NCBI RefSeq assembly: GCF_009914755.1
Contig: NC_060927.1
Strand: one strand, 5' to 3'
Source: the human T2T-CHM13v2.0 reference genome, Homo sapiens
DNA: 64,000 nucleotides
Part shown: positions 27,431 through 40,568 of the stretch, one piece after another
Position numbering within the stretch: position 1 is the stretch's first letter
Layout of the letters: each line of letters opens with the position of its first letter
Program-made: the position numbers and the translations under genes
Notes under the pieces: model-generated
Databases searched by the model: none
The model's input: the letters and a program-made list of their open reading frames with translations, nothing else
Told to the model about the DNA's origin: nothing

Positions 27431-28184
27431 AGAGCCACCACCCAGAGCAGTGGGAGTCAGGGAGGCAAGCAACAAACATTTACAAAATCCACAGAGCAAA
27501 CCCAACCTCACCCCTGATATTTCTCCCTTGACTGTTGCAATATTTTGGTCTACCTTCAGTGGAGAATTGGAAGCTAGGCCAAAGTTATTATTCAGGGAAA
27601 TAAGACATGGTTTCATACACTACTGCTTACTTTCTCTGTAAGTCCAAGAAAGATGGAAAAATCCAGTATTCTAAGAGTTACAAGGCTGAGTCCAGACTGA
27701 TATACAATAGAAGTATAATAGCTCTGAGACAAAGAACTTTGACTGCAAGACTGATTTTTTGTATTAAAAGTAGAAATAGAAAGTAGAGACTGTCCAATCC
27801 AAGTTGACACACCCAAATGACTTCTCTTTTACCTTTTTTCTTTGCCTTTATCCTTTTCATTTACTTTTTATTTTCATAGACATACATAAGATACCTTGGA
27901 AGTAATAAAGAATTTAATGGAACAAAATCCTTGTTAAAGTATCTTTATAGCATTAAGAATTCCTGGGTTGGGGCCTTACAAAGCAGAACCTCCAGTCCTA
28001 CTCCCCAGGAGTTATAACTTAGTAATATGGGGTGCAGGATCACACTTTGGATAACATTACTTTGTGACAATGTAGGAAATAGGGAGCTCTGTATTGTCAA
28101 GTAAAGCTGTCAGTTGCTAGGTGAGACTCTTGCTGAAAACACTTGCCAGGTGAGACAGAGAAAGCTACCATACCATCAGCTCCT

Positions 28185-28620
28185 TTTTTGTTTAAGACTA
28201 ATATTTTCAAGGAGTTTTAGGGTCACAGCAAAATTGAGAGGAAGGTACAGATATTTTCCATATGCCCTCTCTCCCCCACAAATGCACAGCCTTCCCCATT
28301 ATCAACATCCCCTACGAAAGGAGCACATATTGCAAGTAATCAGCCTACATTGGCACATCATTATCATCCAAAATACATAGTTTACATTAGGTTCACTCTT
28401 GCTGTTATACATTCTATGCATTTGGGCAAATGTATAATGACGCATATTCATCATTGCGGTGTCATATCAAGTACTGCCCTAAAAAGCTTCTGTGCTTTGC
28501 CTTTTCATCCCTCCCACCCTCAACCCTGGCAACCACTGATCTTTTTACTGTCTCAAGAGTTTTGCCTTTTCTAGTATGTCATAAAGTAGGAATCATACAG
28601 TATGTATGCTTTTCAGATTC
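28185..28620 (-). mobile_element. Old L1M 3'-end fragment
   Basis: TTTTAGGGTCACAGCAAAATTGAG.GGAAGGTACAG...CCCTGGCAACCACTGATCTTTTTACTGTCTC is typical of an antisense L1MA/MB 3' UTR. Confidence 0.75.
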
Positions 28621-29434
28621 CACCAGCTCTTAGATAACCAGACTCTATCTCATTTTTGCTATCCCTCCATCCAGAAAATTCCCGACACTTAGTTGATCCT
28701 TCTTTGAGGAATGTTTTTCTGTTCTTGGAAGAATGGCCTGGAGCAGTGGCTTTCAAGCTCACTTGAGGAGCCCCAGCCATCTACCAAAGCATCCAGGGTG
28801 GCTGTCAGGGAGCAAAGCCATTCCAAGCTGCAGGGCTCTGGGCTGACTTCCAACTTGGAACAGAGCTTTTCTAATTATCGCTTTTACTTTTGACTTTGTG
28901 GAGGATATCTCTGAAGAAAGGAGTTATTGCTTAACAAATATTACTTAGTACTTACCACATGGCAGACATGGGGATGTTTTTAAACATTGAAAACCAAAGC
29001 TTTAGAGTAGTATCTGCTTGTCCATCTGGCTGCCTCACAATCATCCCAGGAGACTGCCCCAGAATCTGAATATTTAAGATTCTTGGGTAATCCTGAAGAT
29101 CAGTTTAGCTTGCAAATCACCAGGCAACACCTATAACTCTCAAACTTGCCTGAAGATATGAATCACCCAGGAAGCTTATTAAAAATATGGACTCCCAGAA
29201 TTTACCAAATCATTCTCTCAGGAGAATGACCTCAAAATGCATATTTTAAAAGAGATGCCCCCCTGCAAACTCCCATAAATAATCCAAGAAGCTTGGGAAA
29301 GCAGGCTGTGTATGGCCATTTTTTATACTTGCACAATTTTGAAGGCTTTGTCATTAGGCAGATATGACACTTGGTTGTGATACGACTAGTTTTCTTTTCT
29401 TGTTTATAAATTTATTTCATTTATCTTATTGTTA

Positions 29435-29585
29435 TTTAGAGACAGGGGTTCCCTCTGTTGCCCAGGCTGGAGTGCAGTGGTGCAATCATAGGTCACTGCA
29501 GCCTGAAACTCCTGGGCTCAAGCAGTCTTCCTGCCTCAGCCTCCCAAAGTGTTGAAATTACCGTTGTGAGCCACTGTGCCCAGCC
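29435..29585 (-). mobile_element. Alu monomer (FRAM/FLAM-like)
   Basis: Single-arm Alu of about 150 bp ending GTGCCCAGCC. Confidence 0.75.
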
Positions 29586-29932
29586 TTTTGTTGTTTTATA
29601 CTTCGTGCACATCACAGAGCTTCCTTAACCTCAGCGCTTTTTTATGCACTTAAATTTTTGACCCCCAGTTGCAGAAATCAGCTTCTACAAGTGGCCCTGA
29701 CTCCTGTGTGCCACTCTCATCCAATGGTGCTTGATGTGGGCTTCTGAACTGGCAAAACAAGACAGGGAAGGCTGGAAAGAGGCCCTCTTCCCATCTTGTC
29801 AGTCCAAGAGTGCTGGAATTAGGAAACATAACAAGAATAACATAACAAGAAAGTGAGCTAGATGTGAACTGGTTCCAGAAGGCAGATTTCTGGTCATAGT
29901 GTTATTTAGAATTTTGGCAATCATTAACTTAG

Positions 29933-30345
29933 TGTACTAGTCCATTTTTGTTGCTTTAAAGGAATATTTGAGACTGGGTAATTCATAAAGAGGTTTTATT
30001 TTAGCTCACGGTTCTGCAGAGTGTACAGGAAGTGTGGTGCTGGCACCTGCTTCTGGCAAGGGCCTCAAGAAGCTTACAATCATGGTGGAAGGCGAAGGGG
30101 AGCCAGTATGTCACATGGTGAAAGAGGGAGCAAGAGACAGAAAGTAAAGGTGCCAGGCTCTTAAACAGCCAGATCTTGTGTGAACTCATACATAAGAACT
30201 CACTCATTACCATGAGGTCAGCACCAAGCCATTCATGAGGGATCTGCCCTCACGACCCAAACACCTCCTACTAAGCCCACCTCCCACATTGGAGGTCACG
30301 TTTCGACATGAGATTTGGAGAGGACAAAACATCCAAATGATATCA
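29933..30345 (-). mobile_element. Solo MaLR LTR (MSTB-like)
   Basis: TGTACTAGTCCATTT...CATCCAAATGATATCA, including GGTGCTGGCA.CTGCTTCTGG. Candidate 5-bp TSD CTTAG/CTTGG. Confidence 0.85.
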
Positions 30346-31017
30346 CTTGGCCAGAACATCAGTAGTGAGGCCCTAACTGCTTTTCTTTGTTTCAGTCTTG
30401 TTTGGATGAAGACATGGAGAAACCTAGACAAAAACACTCAAAGACTTATGGGCATTGAGGTTGGTGCCCTTGATTCTACAGGGCCTGAAATCTGTGCTCC
30501 AGTTTTATTCCCCTCAGTGTCCCCTCTGGCCTGGCACAAAACAGTCATCATGACCCTTTCAGATCATCCCTGATCGCTGGTTCCTACTGAGGAATGTGCT
30601 CCTCATCCAGCCTGCAATGGGGTGCCATGGGAGATGGCAGAGTGGCATGGTGGATTGTTCAAGGGCTTTACATTCAGACAGGTCTGATCTAGAGCTGGGC
30701 TCTGTTAACTGATTGGGTGACTCTGGGCATGTTAATTAACCTCTTTGAAATAGTTTTCTCGTCCACACATGAAGAGGAATAATCCCAATTCCATGAGGTT
30801 GAGATGACATATACAGTGTCTAGCCTATAATTTACATCAAATATCTTGCTTTGGAAAGTTTCTTAAGGAAAAAATTCCAATTTCTTCCTGTCAAATAATG
30901 CCCGCTTCCCTAGTGGCTTCTTTCTCAAGTGTAATCACTTCCTTTTCCACTCTCCTGGGATGAGGGTGGAGTTGTGTTGATAGTTCTAGGCTCCTGGATA
31001 TCTTATCTTAGCCGGCA

Positions 31018-31200
31018 ACTTAGTTCCCTTTGTCCTCTCTGGGTTCATGTAGTAGTCTATATAAGAAGTGTTATATATAACACTTACATATAAGTGTTAG
31101 TTCTTATAAGTTCTTATATATAGTCTTATATATAAGAAGTGTTATATAGACTACTACATGAACCCAGAAAGGACAAAGGGAACTAAGTAGGGAACTAAGT
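31018..31200. repeat. 47-bp near-perfect inverted repeat with nested palindromes
   Basis: 31018-31064 is the reverse complement of 31142-31188 at 46/47 positions. Internal 20-bp palindrome at 31066-31085. 12-bp tandem duplication at 31177-31200. Confidence 0.95.
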
Positions 31201-32849
31201 GTTGGGAATTTTCTAGATGCAGGGATACCAGGGATGAACTAGCTACTTTGAAGGAGTCTAGTTCTATAGTTTAATAAAACTTTGCTTCTTCATCCGTTGC
31301 TCCAGGGTAGTGTCTGTGGGTGATCTGCTGGATGTCAGGCCCCACATTTTCCCAGATCCTGGACATATCAGAATAGCTCTTTCCAACCACCAGAAACAAG
31401 TATCCAGGGTGCTCTTTGTAAACAGTAGAGATGAGTGATATACCCTAACCTAAGCCTTCCTTTGCTCATTTATTTCTCTAGGTTCCCTTTAATAGTTCAC
31501 TGCCTAAGAGCAAGTCCTCTCCCTATCTCTTCACAGAATGAACCTTCAGAATATCATTACTACATTTATATTTTTTAAAAAGTGTCCCATTATATGGTGA
31601 CAATTACAGAAATGCTTTCACCTGTGGAAGAGTCATTCTAACAACAACTTCTGTGTTTCTTCTTAGTTCTGAATATTCCTTATGCCTTCTCCCTTCTGTC
31701 TGCTTCTGAAATACTTCATTCTCCACCACCCCAGTTATTCCTTGAGTCTGGGGGACTATCCATTGACAGCATTTTATCCTTGTATTCACCAACCAGTCCC
31801 ACAGGGCCTCAGGATTCAGGCAATCACCCTGTGGTTAACATGGGAGGTGGGGGTAGAGGGGAGAGAGGATCAGCTTTCTGTCTCTCCTCTTCGAATAAAT
31901 GAAGATCCTGAGCTGGACTTCCTCTGAAGGCCTTAATTGTTTATTTTATTACAGTTCATACTCCATTCTCACTTTCCATCTGCCTTTCCCCTGTAATTCT
32001 GTATTCCCCAGAGACTGAGCTGCAGCAGCTGGGCCAAAAAACTGCAGACGGTTCACCAGGTCTAAAGAGAGCCTTAATATTTGCCCTTAACTTTCACAGT
32101 TCCCCGCCAGGTTAGATGCTGCCTTCCCTTTTAACCCTATGCTTTTTAGCTTTTGTATTCCACACTGGTGCCTTGCATGGACTTTTGGTCTGATTCTAAA
32201 TTGCAGGCCACCCCCTCAGTAGCATCTTCTCAGTTTAGGACAGGTCAGTCAACTGGAAGAGAAGAAAGGAGAAAGAATGGGAGGAAAGGCTGAGTTGTAA
32301 GGCCCAGTTGCTTTCTCCATGGGTTAATGGTCACTGGGCTGCTTAGGTAACAGGGCTCCCCATCCCACTGTGCAGGGGCCACACTGCACATCCCTCTCCC
32401 TTGCTCTCCTCTCTGTCACACACAAGCCAGTTGTTTATTGTCTCCATTTAGCTGTTTTCAAGCGGCACAAAATAAAGGCCCTATCACTTGTGTCACATTG
32501 AGTGCTTTCTGTGTTGATTTGCTGTTCTTCATTTGCCAGGCCTCTGGCCCAAAGAGCAAAGTGAATACTCAATTTGATGCACATGGATGATTTTATTTAT
32601 ACAGCAACTATGAACGGATTAGAAACTTGGTATCTCTGGTATGTACCATATAGAGAATAATTAACCAGGTTACTTTTTGTTCCTTTCTGAGAAGTTTGGG
32701 TATGGTTGTCTTAGGGCCACTTTGGGAGGTGTTTGATAGCACTGCTCCCTTGAATCTGGTCACCTGCAGCCTTCTATCAGAACTTCCCTCCTGGGTGTCC
32801 AGCCGTATCCTTCCAGCATTCCTTGGCTCTGACACGTGCTTGGCTTTAA

Positions 32850-32972
<123 letters not shown>

Positions 32973-33325
32973 TAAAAGCCTCTTCCTTGCCCCCTGGACC
33001 ACAAGGCGATTTTAACCAGAGGGAGGGTCTGAAGCCTTGGAACTCTACAGAGGCTTTATGTGCAAAGCCCCAGGACCAAGCACTGCTGTCTCCACAACTG
33101 AGTTCCCCAAAGCAATGAAAGACTGATGCTTCTGTACAGGCCAGTAACCTAACCAGAGCAGAAATGGTTGGGCCTTTTCTACCAGATACCTCCCAGCTCC
33201 ACCCAGGTTCTGTTTCTCCTGAGGCTCAGCAGGACTGGATGGCCTTTCTTGAAGGTGGCTTCATGTCTGAACTTGGCTTTATTATGACTTAAGCCAGCTC
33301 TGAGCTTTCTTGCCTGCCTGGCTGC

Positions 33326-33421
33326 TTCCCTCCCTCCCTCCCTCCCTCCCTCCCTCCCTCCCTTCCTTCCTTCCTTCCTTCCTTCCTCCTTCCCTCCCTC
33401 CCTCCCTCCTTCCTTCCTTCT
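33326..33421. repeat. (CCCT)n/(CCTT)n polypyrimidine microsatellite
   Basis: About 95 bp of pure C/T sequence in the last TAGLN3 intron. Confidence 0.9.
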
Positions 33422-34278
33422 TTTTTGTTTGTGTACTTAATAAAGGGTAAATATGTCATGTTTGTTTGGAACAGTCATGGTTAATATCTATGTTCTCCCA
33501 GTATATCTATTAATAGAACTCTCTTTCACTCTCAACAGCGTCCTAGTCCGGATGACAAATTATATGGTTATCTCTCAGTAAAGGGTCTTTTTTTAAAATG
33601 ATTTTTTTTTCAGGGGGTAGCGTAGGCAGGAAGCTTAAACTGGGTAATTTAGTTGTAGAAGAGTGCCCTGTGGCAAATAATTGATTATTCATTTCCAGCA
33701 TCCCCTTTTCTTCTCCTTGACAGTTATTAAAAAAAAAAAAGTTACCAGCTTATGTCATTTTAAAGAACACTCGCCCTGAAAACTTCTGAGATGTTGGCCA
33801 TTTGAAACCCTGGTTTTAGTGTCTGTATTATTAGTGAACTACCGTGTTCCCATGTGGCTACGCAACCACAATTATGTACTATCTGGCTCTTTACCAAAGT
33901 TTGCAGACCTCTAATCTAGAGTGCGACATTTCCCCTCATTAACTCTTAGGTCCCTTGGCTCTAAAAGGGTATATTCATCTTGGCCCTATACAGGGAAAGG
34001 GGGAATGGGATTAATGATGTGCTTTGTAAGAAGAACCAATTTTAATTTTCACAAAGGCTTGACGTAGCTGTGAGAGAAAGGGTAAGAAGAAGCAGGCTTC
34101 TTCTTAGAAGTCTGAGATGGCCTAAAGTGGTGGGGGAAGAAGGGAGAGTGGGGAGAAAGAGAAACAAGAAAAGCTGAGAGTGAATTCCCCAGAGAGGTAG
34201 CCACTGATTCTGCCCTACTCTTTGCTGGAATTCTGGAAAACACCTGGGCTTCTAAAAGATAGGGAGCTCATGCATCAT

Positions 34279-34409
34279 GGTAGGGCCACAGCTCAGGCTA
34301 GGGCCAGAGATAGCTCAGAGTAGCGCCACGGCTCAGGGTAGGTCCACAGTGCAGGGTAGGGCCATAGCTCAGAGTAGGGCCATAGCTCATAACCACAGCT
34401 CAGGGTAGG
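34279..34409 (+). repeat. 18-bp minisatellite, about 7 degenerate copies (GGTAGGGCCACAGCTCAG)
   Basis: Directly visible tandem units ending about 110 nt upstream of the last TAGLN3 acceptor. Confidence 0.88.
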
Positions 34410-34490
34410 ACCTGCTGATCTATTTGGGGACCCCCAGCAGAGCCTGTCTAATTGCATATCTTGAAAAGGATTGGAAAACTGTCATAATGA

Positions 34491-34661
<171 letters not shown>

Positions 34662-34911
34662 GACGCGGCATCCTGCCCCTGGTAGAGAGGACGAATGTTC
34701 CACACCATGGTCTCTACGAAAAAGAAATAGTTAGTCACCTTCTGACCTTCTCCTCTTTCTCAAAGCCTTCTGTCCCTGGTTTTTGCAAGTGCTGCATTTC
34801 CGCCGAGAATCCGCGTTGCCTACTGCTGCCACCTCCTGTTCATTTAGAACTATGCAAAGACTCCGCTTCCGTTTTCCTGAGCTCCTCGGGCCCCAGAGTC
34901 TCTGTTTGATT

Positions 34912-34978
34912 ATTTATTTATTTATTTATTTATTTGCCAAAAATTCTCCTCTTCAACTTATAGAATGCACCTAATAAA
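34912..34978 (+). promoter_or_regulatory. TAGLN3: TAGLN3 3' UTR AU-rich element and poly(A) signal
   Basis: Five overlapping ATTTA at 34912-34932. AATAAA at 34973-34978, followed by GT/T-rich downstream sequence. Confidence 0.8.
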
Positions 34979-37900
34979 GTAATTAGTCTTGTGTCTTACA
35001 GTGTAAAGTTCATTCTTTCTCTTAGGGACTCCACAGTCCGGACTGGTTTCTCTTCCATTCAAAGGCCAGAAAGATGGAATTAAGCTTAAGCTGCAGCTGA
35101 GCAATATAGGTTAGCTATGAGGACGCTCTTGCAAGATTATCGCGTTTATCTTGGCAATTGGAATAGAAAGTTTAGGAGTCATTTCGCCCACTCTGAGAGC
35201 CTAGAGACATAAGTTCAAGAACAAAGTCTTTGACCACAACAAGTTTTTGAGCATGTACTTTGTGCTTATTGTGCTAGACCTGTAGAGGACACAGCCCGGG
35301 AGACAAAGCCCGGTTTCTTGAGAAGCTCTTGTATAGGTGCCCAGGAAGTATCTGTTGAATGGATGGAAGGAAGAATGGATGGGTGGATGGTTTTATTGAA
35401 TGGATGGGTGGGTAGATGACTGGATGAATGAGCAGTTTTCACTTCTCTAGCATTCATCTTCCTCTTACAGACGAGACCCTAGGTCCGATGCTGACATTTA
35501 TACAGTTTTTTTCATCATCCAGGAGTTATAGACAATGTAGTTTGCTCTCCTAAAGTCATTTAAAGGGTCTAAACCCTGAAAACCCTAGGATATTGCCTGG
35601 TATTGCGATTTGCCTAAGATGAATAGGTTTTTGAGATTTTTTTCCCCGTGGATAGAAAACATTAAAAGGTCAAAAAAGCCTGGGGATTATCAGTTCATCT
35701 TATTCTTTCTTACCAGTAGAAACAAGGAAAAAAAAACATGTGATATATCTAGTAAGAAAAGAAATAAGGTATTTTATCCATATAATGGATAACAAGAAAA
35801 AGATAAAATAGATGAAAGTATAGACATTGCCACACTCTAAATGTTTGGATGGTAGTTTTTTGGACTGTGTTCTCTCTTTGTTCTCTGCAGTTCTAGGTTT
35901 ACCCAGAGGTTCCTATGGGATCCCTGTGGGGGCAGGGCTGCTGAGGAGGCAGAACCCTGGGCCCCCACTCCTGCTTCAACCATAGCAGCTCTGATATATC
36001 TGTATTACACATTAGGATTCAGTATAACATTTAAAAAAGACCTTTAATGTAAAAGAAAAAAGGAAAAACCATTATGCTAAAGAAAATTGGCCTGTGGGTC
36101 ACCTAAGCAGTTTACTGTATCTGCTAGAAGTTCTAGTGACCCTTTGACAGCTACCAGTGAACTGCCTATTCCCAGAAAGATGTCTCCCAGCCATGGCAGC
36201 TGAATTATTACCTAAAACCTCACCTTGGAGTTGCCACAAAAGTAAGAGAGGGAGGCCGATGGATCCCAAAAAGTGAAATAAAACTGGGAGGAAAGTCCTG
36301 GAGAAACAGAGGGTGTCTAGGTCCCTGTTTGGGATTGGGGGTAGGAGCCCTAGGGAAATAGCCTCCATCAGGAAGGGAATGGATTGGGAGAGAACTTTCA
36401 GGATGTGCCGTGTTCTGGCTCCCACATTGCCCTAGCTGTACCAGTGACACAGAGAGGTGAGAAAACAGCAAAATTAGTTCAGAGCCAGCAGGAATCAGCT
36501 TGCTAAGTTCAGGGCTGTGCTGGAGCCCAGCTGGAGTGAGGAGCAGGTAAAAAGAGCACCAGTAGACTTGCCAGCACCTGGACATTTCTCCTCCCAACAA
36601 GATGCAACCCCCCCCCCATGGAGACTCCCATCCCTTCAGTTGTATCTAATAATTGTAACCTAGGGACGAGGCTCTTGAAAAAATTTGAGGACCTAGAGCA
36701 GAGGTTTACCCTGAGTGGTGGCGATTAGGGTAGAGAATGAGAATCCAGTGTGTAGTTCCAAAGAATATCTGTCTCGATATATTTTCCCAAAAGTCACCAG
36801 AAGTGATCCAAGCTAAAGCCTGAGATTATTTTTCCCTCTTTTCCCACTTTGCATTTGCAGTCAAGTAGTAGGATCTTGCTTTTTATTTGCAGGCATTCTG
36901 CCATTTTAGTTACCATTCGCAGAAAGCTTTAATGGCATAATAGAGTGCAGCACTACTGTAGATAATAAATTTAATTGGCATGGCCTCAAATTAGCAAAAC
37001 TGCTAATTTAATCAGTCATTGAAATTGAAACAATTCTGTTGACTATGAATCTTTCACTGCTATGGTAACTGTAAAGCACAAAGATAAAATTTTAAATTGT
37101 AGTAGCATTATTGGCAGAAATGAGCACAACATTCTTGTGAGTGCTTTTAAAGCCTATTTCCCTTGGACATTTTAGAAGTGAAATTTCCACATTTAAACAG
37201 GCCAAGGTCAGCTTCTTGAATAATGTAGACTCCAGGCCATCTTTCGCATGGGCTTGGTAATGCCCTCACACTGTGCATGTGATAAACAAGCTTAAGGTGA
37301 CTGCACCCCCTGAGTAAGATCAGCGTCTCTGCTCCCAAGCATTGTTTGAGAACCATTTCATATGGTAGGTGCCAATTCTTGATAGTTTGTTTATGCATTT
37401 CAGCTACAGGAAATAATGTAATAGCTTGATTGGATCCGAAGCATAGTCAAGTCCATTTTTTTAAAAGAGCAATCTTTCTTCTTTCTTAAATTATAGACCC
37501 AATTAGCATGCCATGTACTTTCTTCTAATTGCAGGCAGTGGTGACTGAGTGACAGTAAACTCTGGATAGTCATTATGTAAACCCTGTGTTAGTAATACAC
37601 CTACTGTGCTATTAAAACCACTGGCTAGGGGGCCAAATGAGAAGGATTCTTCTGGGCCTCTGGTACTCAATTTTTCTCCATGTGATGATAACGTGCTGCA
37701 AATTGTAGAAATAAAAATTTTCTTTTTTTTTTTCACTCCTCTCAGCTCATACCTAGAAATGGGAATTTTCATGTCAAAACAGTTGTTTGCCAACATGTGC
37801 ACCCAGCAAACAAAAGAAAGATAATTGCATATTTTAAAACATTAATCCTTTCTTCAATATATTAAGTCAAAGTTGCTTTGTATTGCAGTAAGCCGTTGTG

Positions 37901-38934
37901 ACATAATCCATAATAGATGAGCCTCTGAGGCAAAGCTCCTTGGAAAACACAGGGTGATTCTAGATGTTGGTTTGTACCTGCTTTATTATTTTGCTGCTGC
38001 TTTATTAATAACACAGATCTTAATTAATGTTTATCATGCTTAATTTATTGACCGTCACTGTAGCTTCAAGGTATTTGTACAATGGGCCAGCAAGATAATT
38101 ATTCCCTTTTATCAAATTTCAAAATAGATTTTTCCCTTGATAAAACGTTGTAAAATATTCAACAATTTGGGCAATGTAAAGACCCTCTTTAATTCCATCC
38201 TCCAGGATAACCACAACCCACAATTTAGTGCATCTCATCCTAGCAAATTAAAATGCATATGTAATCTGCATAACATATTGAGAATATCTTCATTTCTACA
38301 ACCATTTGGTAATAAACCAGTTTCTCACAGCTACAGCCTATCAGATAAAAGGGGAGGGTAGATATCTTCTCAGGAAGTAGGAAGGTCTGACTCAATGGGG
38401 TGTCCCAACAAGACCAGATGAGGAAGCTGGTCCTTTCTACATGGAAAGTTCTACAAGGAAATGACTGAATAATTTTTCCTTGAAAATCTGTTGAATGGAT
38501 GTATCACTTTTCATTTAATTAACCCTTTACTGTTGGATTTTAAAATGCTCTCAAATTTCATCATTAAAATTAATGCTATAAGAAGCATCTTTATAGCTAT
38601 ATCTTTGTAATAATTACCTTAGGATAATTTCCTAGTGATAAGTATCCATTTTTGATTAATATTGTCAAACTACCCTCCATACTACCAGTTTAGTGCCTCA
38701 CCTGCTAAGTATATGTGGCCATTTCCATACACTCTTATCAGCATTATCATTTTTTTAAAAATTGTGAATATTTTGAAAGACACCGTCTGCATGCTAGGAT
38801 GTTAGTGGAATTTGGTGTTCTTCCTGGGCAGCTGCAAAGAAATTTTATGGTGGCTGGATACCTTGCCACAAATCCCAGTGTTTTTCATTTCTGCCACAGA
38901 GCACATTGGATCTGTGAGCAATTCATGCTTGTTT

Positions 38935-39241
<307 letters not shown>

Positions 39242-39677
39242 TTATGCTTATTAATGACTGTATGAAGTAAAACTGTATGAAGTAAATAGGATTGCTAAAA
39301 ACAGAAGGGTTGGCTGGTAAAAAATTATTGAAAAATATGATACCAGAACAGAAATTACTGTTTCCAGAATTCAATTTGAATGTCTTAGACAAGAAAGCAT
39401 TGCGAAATGTAGTTAATTAATTTACTACTCAGTAAAATCAAAGATCTGACATGGCTGTGAGTCTATAATATAGACTCAAAATAAATATGTCAACTTTTAT
39501 AACCCTGAGTTGAAAAGCCCTGAGTTGAAAAGTAAAGCTATGTTGAAGGGCAAGAATAAATCTCACTGTGGTTTAAATGAGTTTAGGGTAAATACTATCC
39601 TACTGACCTTTGTTTTAATGAGACAGATATTGAATGCCTTCTGGAGGATAAAGTTAAAGATCCATTCTGGTTCCACA

Positions 39678-39975
39678 TTTTTTTTTTTTGAGGCGGTGTC
39701 TCACTCACTCTGTCGCCTAGGCTAGAGTGCTGTGGCAATGATCTCAGCTCACTGCAACCTCCACCTTCCGGGCTCAAGAGATTCTCCTGCCTCAGACTCC
39801 CGAGTAACCAGGACTACAGCCATGTGCCACCATGCCCAACTGATTTTTTGTATTTTTAGTACAGATGGGGTTTCACCATGTTGGCCAGCCTGGTCTTGAA
39901 CCCCTGACCTCCGTGATCCGCCTGCCTGTCCTCCCAAAGTGTTGGGATTACAGGCGTGAGCCACCATGCCCGGCC
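39678..39975 (-). mobile_element. Alu (AluS-like)
   Basis: Poly-T, dimeric body. TSD TGGTTCCACA at 39668-39677 and 39976-39985. Confidence 0.9.
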
Positions 39976-40169
39976 TGGTTCCACAGTTTTGAATCAATAA
40001 TTCTTTGGGAGAACATTGCATCAGTCTTATGATGGGATGAGCTTTGCTCACATAGATTGCAAAATAAGGAACTCTGCCTTATAAAGAAATTTCTTATGAA
40101 GAAATTCCATTTCAGAACAAACTAAAGGGAAAAAAATAATGACCTATGGGAATTTCACTTGATAGAAAT

Positions 40170-40568
40170 TGCCCTTAGTCCAGTTGGGCTGCTATAACAA
40201 AATACCTTAGACTGGGTAATTTATAAATATTAAAAATGTATTTCCCATTGTTATGGAGGCTGAGAAGTACAGGATCAAAAAAACAAACAGATGTGGTGTT
40301 TGGTAAGGGCTTGCCCTCTGTTTGCAAGATGGCACCTTGTTGCTGTGTCCTTCAGTGGGGACAAATGCTGTGTCCTCACATGGCAGAAGAAACTGAAGGC
40401 CTAGGCAGCTCTCTGAAGCCCCTTTTATAAGGGCATTGACCCCATTAATGAGCACAGAACCCTCATGGCCTAATCACCACACAAGGCCCATCTTTTAATA
40501 CCGTCACCTTGGTGGCTTGAGTTCCAACATACGAATTTTGGAGGAACATGTACATTCAAACTGTAGCA
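40170..40568 (-). mobile_element. Solo MaLR LTR (MSTD/MLT1A-like)
   Basis: CTTAGTCCAGTTGGGCTGCTATAACAAAATACC.TAGACTGGGTAATTTATAA...CATTCAAACTGTAGCA. Confidence 0.8.

Noticed and set aside
34279-34409. Repeat array resembling a CRISPR
   Set aside because: The DNA is eukaryotic, the units are adjacent with no unique spacers, and there are no cas genes.
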